A model generated the notes under the pieces. That model was not told where the DNA came from. It searched no databases and was given only the letters and a program-made list of their open reading frames with translations. Shown piece by piece: positions 57,107 to 64,000 of a DNA stretch of 64,000 bases. Numbering within the stretch: position 1 is the stretch's first letter; each line of letters opens with the position of its first letter. The translations under genes and the position numbers were made by a program. This DNA is from Sedimentisphaeraceae bacterium JB056 (lineage in GTDB: Bacteria; Planctomycetota; Phycisphaerae; Sedimentisphaerales; Sedimentisphaeraceae), in assembly GCA_044440125.1 (NCBI GenBank), contig JBITAJ010000029.1:288001-352000 (forward strand). The letters run 5' to 3'.

Positions 57107-58414
57107 TTACATTATTTCTGTTAATATTTTTCCTTTTGGAGGCATTACTTTTATATCTTCGCCAAGTGGATTGGGAAGGCTGCCCAACGGGTCTATTCCG
57201 CATAGAGTGTAAATGCTTGCGAGCAGGTCGGAAGGATGAGTAGGCCTGTCTAAAGGCTCCATGCCTTTGTCGTTTGAACTTCCTACAATAGACCCGCCTT
57301 TGAATCCTCCACCGGCTACCATTGAGCAGAAACAATTTCCAAAATGACTTCTGCCGCCATTCCAGGGCTGCTCCCATAATATTTTTGGTGTTCTTCCGAA
57401 TTCGCCCGACCACCATACTATGGTTGAGTCTAAAAGACCTCTGTCAGAAAGGTCCTGAAGCAGTGCTGCCATTGCTGAATCCATCTCGGGCAGCTTACGG
57501 TTCATTATTCCGAAATGTTGTTTGTGTGTGTCCCATCCTTTATAATTTATGGTTATATATGGTACTCCGATTTCGACAAGCCTTCTCGCGGCAAGGCAGG
57601 ACTGGCCAAATGTGTTTCTCCCGTAACGATCTCGAAGCTCATCAGACTCCTGCGAAAGGTCAAATACCTTGCCTTCCTCCCCAAGTATAAGCTCGTAGGC
57701 TTGTTCTTCACATTTGTTGTGCTGCTTGAAAAGCTTGTTGTCTTGTACGTTTTTCTCGAATGTATTCAATGAATGTAGAAGTTCTCTTCTGCTTTCCTGC
57801 TGTTTTTCTGTTATTCCTTCGGCTACGACCCCGGCGACAGTGAATATGTTTTTATTGGGGTCTCCACCTGTAGAGAACGGTTTGTATTTGGGCCCCAGAA
57901 ATCCTGTTTCAGAGAATCTTCCTTGTGGTTCTGTTAATATTACATATGGCGGGATAAGGCTGTTGTAGCCGTTCTTGTAGCCTTTGAACATTGAGACAAC
58001 AGCTCCAGTGGAAGGGTATACAAGCATTCCGGGCTGTCTGCCGGTTTGAGTTATGTATGAAGCAGTTTCGTGCCCGTTGCTGCCGTGTGTCATTGACCGG
58101 ATTATGGAGTATTTGTCTGCCATTTTTGCCAATTGCGGCAATTGCTCACATATTCTGATGCCTTTGATATTTGTTTCTATTGGACTTTTGTATGGCCCGG
58201 TGTAGTCTTCTCCTGCGCCTGGTTTTGGATCAAATGTGTCGAGATGAGAAGGTCCGCCCCACATCCATATTTGAATGACCGATTTTGCTTTAGGGACTAA
58301 TGTCGCTTCTTGTGCAGCATTAGTCAAACCGGATTTCCCGAAGCTGGGAATGAATGAACAGGCAATGCCTGCTTTAATCATGTCCCGTCTATTAAATTTT
58401 ATAGAGTTATTCAT
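57107..58414 (-). CDS. DUF1501-domain protein (Tat signal)
   Basis: NRRDMIK; GGPSHLDTFDPKP, YG...FGQSCL.ARRLVE.GV, WDTH, GEFGRTP. Confidence 0.92.
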   Translation of the reverse strand: MNNSIKFNRRDMIKAGIACSFIPSFGKSGLTNAAQEATLVPKAKSVIQIWMWGGPSHLDTFDPKPGAGEDYTGPYKSPIETNIKGIRICEQLPQLAKMADKYSIIRSMTHGSNGHETASYITQTGRQPGMLVYPSTGAVVSMFKGYKNGYNSLIPPYVILTEPQGRFSETGFLGPKYKPFSTGGDPNKNIFTVAGVVAEGITEKQQESRRELLHSLNTFEKNVQDNKLFKQHNKCEEQAYELILGEEGKVFDLSQESDELRDRYGRNTFGQSCLAARRLVEIGVPYITINYKGWDTHKQHFGIMNRKLPEMDSAMAALLQDLSDRGLLDSTIVWWSGEFGRTPKILWEQPWNGGRSHFGNCFCSMVAGGGFKGGSIVGSSNDKGMEPLDRPTHPSDLLASIYTLCGIDPLGSLPNPLGEDIKVMPPKGKILTEIM

Positions 58415-58418
58415 GATA

Positions 58419-59969
58419 TTAATGCCTATACAAGAATTCTTTCGTGTTTATCAAAGCCCACATGATATCTTCGGCGGCTTTTTTACGCCATAGCTTTTGC
58501 TGTTTTATGTAATTAGTTACAATCGTAAGCTCTTCGTCAGTGGGATAGCGAGCAAGAACAAGTACGTATACTCTTTCGATCATTTGCTTGTTGCTTTTTG
58601 TCATCTTGACGATGTTGGATAGTATTTCACTGTTTTTTACCTGACTATGTATTTCGGTTGAATTGAGAAGGTGAAGAAGCTGCGAATTTGTCGGTGTATC
58701 GTTTCTCTCTGACAGCTTGCCGGTGTCTCGTGATGGTCTGCCAAACATTTCTAAAAACTGACTTGTTATACTTCCATCGGCAAGTTGTGTTGTTTTATGA
58801 TAGCCGGGGATGAAGGTATATGGTTCCGGTACCATGCTTGAATAATCATGTTCCGTCCCGCTTAAATAGCAAATCGCATCACTTAGAGTTTCAGCGTCAA
58901 GCCGCCTTATATTATATTGAGCGAAAAGTGTTTCTGCTTTCGGGTTGCTGCTCTTGGCTATGGATGATCTCTGCCAGCAATTGCTGTTCAATATCAGGCG
59001 GTATATTGCCTTGATGTTATAGTCATTTTTAACGAGTTCCTGTTCAAGATATGAAAGTAATTTCGGATTGGACGGTTTGTTTTTATCGCAGATATCGTCT
59101 GCCGGTTCGATTATCCCGAGACCATTGAGATTAGCCCATATTCTGTTTACGATGCATCGGTTGAACCATTTGTTGTCGGGTGATGTCAGCCAGTTGCAGA
59201 AAACAACTCTTGGATCTTGCCCTGTCTCGATTGTTATTTTTTTGCCATCGGGGAATATTGCTTCTATAGGATCTTTTATTGTCTGGTCGAAATAAACAAT
59301 CTCTTCTTTCCATTCTCCTGTCGGTTTGTATGCTACACGTGAAAAAAACTTATCGATATTTTCCCTGAACTGCTGGGTTTGCTTATCATATCTTATCCCC
59401 ATGAATGTAAGGCATACGGCAGATGCTATGTTCTCAGGCTCTTTCCCCTGAATAGCCCTGTAAAAATTCACTTGTGGAACCCTGAAATTGCTGCCGCTTG
59501 ATGTCAGAAGCTCTCTTGCAAACTCATCATAAGGCATGTTGTTTTCTACTGCATTTGTGAGCCAGTGGTGGTAGGCTTGAACAGCGTTGGGCCATAAATT
59601 TATAGGAAACTCTGATTTAACCCTTAATATGTTGCACCAGTACATTGCTGTATAATCAACGAATTCCTGAGAATCGAGGAGTTTGTCTATTAATTTGCTG
59701 CGTTTATTTGCATCGGTGCTTTTCAGGAATTCAGTGCTTTGCTGCCATGTTGGTATCTGGCCTGTTATATCAACATATGCTCTCCTTAGAAAGACTTCAT
59801 CAGAGCATATTTCGGCCGGTTCAATGCCTTCCTTTTCAAGTTCTGCAAGCATTAAACTGTCTATTTCTGATGAGATCAACGGTTTTGTGTTTTCAAGAGG
59901 AGCGGCATTTGCGAGGATGTTTATGCAAATGCTTGCAATGAGTAGAAAAAAATATATTAATTTCATCAT
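58419..59969 (-). CDS. DUF1549/DUF1553-domain protein
   Basis: FLRRAYVDITG..P, PYDEFARELLT, VNRIW...G.G..EP.DD, RRL.AE.L.D, FGRP.R, WAL.N..EF. Confidence 0.9.
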   Translation of the reverse strand: MMKLIYFFLLIASICINILANAAPLENTKPLISSEIDSLMLAELEKEGIEPAEICSDEVFLRRAYVDITGQIPTWQQSTEFLKSTDANKRSKLIDKLLDSQEFVDYTAMYWCNILRVKSEFPINLWPNAVQAYHHWLTNAVENNMPYDEFARELLTSSGSNFRVPQVNFYRAIQGKEPENIASAVCLTFMGIRYDKQTQQFRENIDKFFSRVAYKPTGEWKEEIVYFDQTIKDPIEAIFPDGKKITIETGQDPRVVFCNWLTSPDNKWFNRCIVNRIWANLNGLGIIEPADDICDKNKPSNPKLLSYLEQELVKNDYNIKAIYRLILNSNCWQRSSIAKSSNPKAETLFAQYNIRRLDAETLSDAICYLSGTEHDYSSMVPEPYTFIPGYHKTTQLADGSITSQFLEMFGRPSRDTGKLSERNDTPTNSQLLHLLNSTEIHSQVKNSEILSNIVKMTKSNKQMIERVYVLVLARYPTDEELTIVTNYIKQQKLWRKKAAEDIMWALINTKEFLYRH

Positions 59970-60201
59970 AAAAAGCTCACACTAATTAATGTTTTGAGTT
60001 AAATCAACTCTTATTTGGTCAAATAAAGGGGTTAAAGACCAATATCTTGCTATTTTGCGCAATCGTTTTAGCTCTTAAGACGATTGCAAAATTATTTTAT
60101 TGCTTATTGTACACATTAATCATGTTTTTTTATACATTTTTTTGTCCTAATTATGCTCTTACAGTTTGGGATATCGATATTAAATGTCAATAAGTGCTTT
60201 C

Positions 60202-60217
60202 TGGTATGAAATTTGCT
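60202..60217 (+). promoter_or_regulatory. Sigma-54 (-24/-12) promoter upstream of nifA
   Basis: TGGTAT-GAAAT-TTGCT (GG-N10-GC spacing). Confidence 0.6.
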
Positions 60218-60309
60218 TTTATCTAAGATGTTAGACGATAATGTTGATTACTGGCTATAAGCCTTCGAAATTGTGTTAAATTAAGTTTTTTATACAAAAT
60301 TGTACTAAA

Positions 60310-61830
60310 ATGCCAAATAAAAGCGATATATTTAAGACTATATTTGATGTTTCAGAGATCTTGCGAGATTCTTTTGGTCATCAGCAGATGATTCAGGATG
60401 TGCTTAATAAGCTAACAGAAGACTTTGGTTTGAGGCGTGCAACTATCATGCTTCTTGATGAGGATGCAGAGAAACTTCTTGTTGAGGCTAATACGGATGA
60501 ACTCAATCAGGACACTTCATATAAGCGAGGTGAAGGTATCATCGGTACGGTTCTTCAAAGCGGAAGACCTGCGGTTATCCCTTGTATTGCTGATGAGCCT
60601 AAATTTTCCGGCAGGCTTTACGGCAAAAGGCCGGATGCCGAGCTTGATTTGAGCTTTATTTGTGTTCCTATACAGATCAGTCGTGAAACAATCGGTACTT
60701 TTTCTGCTGAGGTCAAGTGTGGCAGTCTTGCCGATTTAACTGACATTCAGAGACTTTTTGCCATAGTAGCAAGTATGATTGCCAATGATGTTAAGAATAG
60801 GCGAATGGCAAGAATCGAAAGACGCGCGCTGACAGAAGAGAATATAAGGCTTCGCTCTGAACTTGATAAGAATTTCAAACCCGGTAATATGCTTGGCAAC
60901 TCAAATGCTATGCGTGATGTCTATCAGAAGATAACTCAGGCAGCTCCGAGCAATACCACTATATTGATAAGAGGAGAGTCGGGAACGGGTAAGGAATTAG
61001 TCGCCTCGGCTATTCATTATAACAGTACTCGTTCCGGTAAGCCTTTTGTGAAGATAAATTGTGCTGCTTTGAATGAAAATCTTCTCGAAAGTGAGTTGTT
61101 TGGACATGAGAAGGGTGCTTTCACTGGGGCTACCAATAAACGAATAGGTAAATTTGAAGAGGCCGACGGCGGAACGATTTTTCTTGATGAAATGGGAGAG
61201 TTTTCCCATAATGTTCAGGTTAAGCTTCTTCGCGTTCTTCAGGAACGGGAAATAGAGAGAGTTGGAAGTAATAAGACGCTGAAGGTTGATGTTAGAATTA
61301 TTGCTGCTACAAACCGTGATCTTGAACAATCGGTTGAGCGCGGTGATTTCAGACAGGATCTGTATTATCGTATAAATGTATTCCCCGTTTATCTACCTCC
61401 TTTGAGAGAGAGACGCGATGATATATTGCTTCTTGCCGATCATTTTTCCGAAGCTTGCGCCGAGAAGATGGGTAAAAGTATCCGGCGTATTACTACAAAT
61501 GCTATAAATATGCTTCTTGCTTATCATTGGCCTGGTAATATCCGTGAGCTTGAGAATGCTATAGAGCATGCCGTGATCTTGAGCGATGATGGAATTATTC
61601 ACGGCTATCATCTTCCGCCTTCACTTCAGGTTCCTTTGACAGGAGTCCAGAAACCTATAGGTACATTAAAGATGAGAGTGAAGATGCTTGAAAAGGATGT
61701 TATAATTGACTCATTAAAAAGGAACAATGGGAAGGTTAATCAATCCTCCAAGGAGCTTGGCATCTCATCTCGAATGTTGAGATATAAGATAGATGATCTC
61801 GATATTGACTATAAGAAGTTTTTTCCGTAA
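60310..61830 (+). CDS. nifA: NifA-like sigma-54-dependent activator (GAF-AAA+-HTH)
   Basis: GAF N-terminus, [34 protein letters not shown]-terminal HTH; adjacent to nifH. Confidence 0.8.
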   Translation: MPNKSDIFKTIFDVSEILRDSFGHQQMIQDVLNKLTEDFGLRRATIMLLDEDAEKLLVEANTDELNQDTSYKRGEGIIGTVLQSGRPAVIPCIADEPKFSGRLYGKRPDAELDLSFICVPIQISRETIGTFSAEVKCGSLADLTDIQRLFAIVASMIANDVKNRRMARIERRALTEENIRLRSELDKNFKPGNMLGNSNAMRDVYQKITQAAPSNTTILIRGESGTGKELVASAIHYNSTRSGKPFVKINCAALNENLLESELFGHEKGAFTGATNKRIGKFEEADGGTIFLDEMGEFSHNVQVKLLRVLQEREIERVGSNKTLKVDVRIIAATNRDLEQSVERGDFRQDLYYRINVFPVYLPPLRERRDDILLLADHFSEACAEKMGKSIRRITTNAINMLLAYHWPGNIRELENAIEHAVILSDDGIIHGYHLPPSLQVPLTGVQKPIGTLKMRVKMLEKDVIIDSLKRNNGKVNQSSKELGISSRMLRYKIDDLDIDYKKFFP

Positions 61831-61850
61831 TACTTTCGAACCTGAGATTC

Positions 61851-61891
61851 AAGAGGTGTAGTGAAATTATTTTCATTACACCTCTTTTTTT
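61851..61891 (+). terminator. Terminator after nifA (its core is a repeated palindrome)
   Basis: AAGAGGTGTAGTGAAA-TTAT-TTTCATTACACCTCTT followed by a T-run. Confidence 0.75.
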
Positions 61892-62176
61892 GTGAAAATA
61901 ATTTCACTAATGCCGTAAGTTTCGTTGAAAAACGTCTTTATGATATAAATTTTGCGGCATTGAAATCTGATGAGATTTATGGTTGAAATAAGTTAGGCTA
62001 AATAGTGAAATAAATTTCAATTTAGTGTTTTTGAAAAGAATAAAATTTCACGCTCCAAATCACTCTTTTAAGAATATTATTTTAAATATTCTTATTTCTT
62101 TAAGATCTTCATTTACAGCACTTTATGCTTTGGTTTTTTGCGGTCTATCTTTTTTTTAGACGACGAAAAATTGTTT

Positions 62177-62192
62177 TGGCACGTTCATTGCA
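62177..62192 (+). promoter_or_regulatory. Sigma-54 (-24/-12) promoter of nifH
   Basis: TGGCAC-GTTCA-TTGCA, consensus match about 70 nt before the ATG. Confidence 0.9.
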
Positions 62193-62237
62193 AATATAAA
62201 AGTGTAAAGTTGAAACGCATATTAATAATTTGAGTAA

Positions 62238-63083
<846 letters not shown>

Positions 63084-63142
63084 TTTAGGCGTTAAGAAAT
63101 TCGAATTAAACAACAACTCACCTTATTGAAAGGATATTTAAG

Positions 63143-63475
63143 ATGATGACAATGGTTAGAGCAATCATACGCCCTGAAAAAGTTGATGAAGTATTAGCAG
63201 CCCTTATGTATGCCGGCTTCCCGGCTGTAACGAAGATGGACGTTTACGGAAGAGGTAAACAGCGAGGTATGAAGGTCGGAGATATAACGTATGACGAACT
63301 TCCTAAGGAAATGATCCTCTTGGTTGTTAAAGAAAGCGATAAAGATTTTGTGCTCAAGACGATTCTCAAATCAGCTAAGACTGGTTCGAAAGGGGCATAT
63401 GGTGACGGTAAGATATTTGTGAGCACTGTTGAAGAGGTGTACACCGTCAGTAGCGGACTAAAAGAAACTGAATAA
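63143..63475 (+). CDS. nifI1: PII-family nitrogenase regulator NifI1
   Basis: RAIIRPEK, V.GRGKQRG, YDELPKE, GAYGDGKIFV; directly after nifH. Confidence 0.88.
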   Translation: MMTMVRAIIRPEKVDEVLAALMYAGFPAVTKMDVYGRGKQRGMKVGDITYDELPKEMILLVVKESDKDFVLKTILKSAKTGSKGAYGDGKIFVSTVEEVYTVSSGLKETE

Positions 63476-63488
63476 AGTGGGGTGAAAA

Positions 63489-63875
63489 ATGAAAGAAGTA
63501 CTTGCTTTTATCAGAATGAATAAAATGAATGTTACCAAGAGAGCACTTGCCGATGCGGGAATTTACTCTCTGACCGCGAGAAAAGTAATGGGTCGCGGTA
63601 AAGGTATGATTGATTATAAACTTCTTCAGGGTGCTGAAGATGGTATTGAAGAAGCCATTAATCAATTAGGTCCTGGTCCTAAGATGATTCCTAAGCGAAT
63701 GTTGACGATTGTATTGCCGGATGAAAAAGTTGAGCTTGCTGTCAAGACAATTATCTCTGTGAATAAAACAGGTTCGCCTGGTGATGGTAAAATATTCGTT
63801 ACTCCCGTAACAGAGAGTATCAGGGTTCGAACAGGTCAGGAAGGCAATGAAGCATTGAGTGAAATGGATGATTAA
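63489..63875 (+). CDS. nifI2: PII-family nitrogenase regulator NifI2
   Basis: MKEV.A.IRMNK...TKRAL, long T-loop, PKR, GSPGDGKIFV. Confidence 0.88.
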   Translation: MKEVLAFIRMNKMNVTKRALADAGIYSLTARKVMGRGKGMIDYKLLQGAEDGIEEAINQLGPGPKMIPKRMLTIVLPDEKVELAVKTIISVNKTGSPGDGKIFVTPVTESIRVRTGQEGNEALSEMDD

Positions 63876-64000
63876 ACGGTAAGAGTTTATGCCGACTTTT
63901 GTTGTAGTCTGTTTGCGGTTTGTTTGAAACACAGAGCAGAGAGGTGTTGAACGTTGGCTGGATATCATGCTTAAACACTCGTTCTTAATGCAGAGCTTAA

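Noticed and set aside
57090..57416. N-terminal 109 aa of the 874-aa track ORF
   Set aside because: Overlaps the DUF1501 gene; the signal peptide starts at 57089.
63876..64000. Start of nifD
   Set aside because: No recognisable NifD sequence before the window edge.

Overview
Bacterial chromosomal window, most likely from an anaerobic planctomycete (Phycisphaerae/Sedimentisphaerales-like). This is inferred from PEP-CTERM proteins, a prepilin/H-X9-DG (DUF1559-type) protein, a DUF1549/1553-DUF1501-PPC module, ddl-ftsQ without ftsA/ftsZ, and hydG. Housekeeping genes: panC, folK-dNK, pcrA, cca, rsmD, ddl, rpmB, gatCAB and three tRNAs. Also present are a sugar ABC operon and the start of a cluster-III-type nif locus (nifA, nifH, nifI1, nifI2) with sigma-54 promoters. 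Best candidates for undescribed biology: (1) an iron/heme locus, feoAB-DUF2023-hemP, then a CCAG-repeat leader overlapping a terminator, then PEP-CTERM, DNRLRE, pilin-like, ChaN and a signal-peptide-bearing CbiX-like chelatase, with no TonB-dependent receptor in the locus; (2) an operon of three SPFH (HflK/C-like) genes, a P1B-ATPase and a PilGHI/Xap-like ABC system, with no ftsH; (3) an accessory region whose orphan genes are separated by a ~21-bp imperfect palindrome and end at a RAYT transposase remnant; (4) a structured ~280-nt noncoding stretch after gatB; (5) non-canonical palindromes in pairs 31 bp apart upstream of nifH. All family calls come from manual motif recognition; no searches were run.
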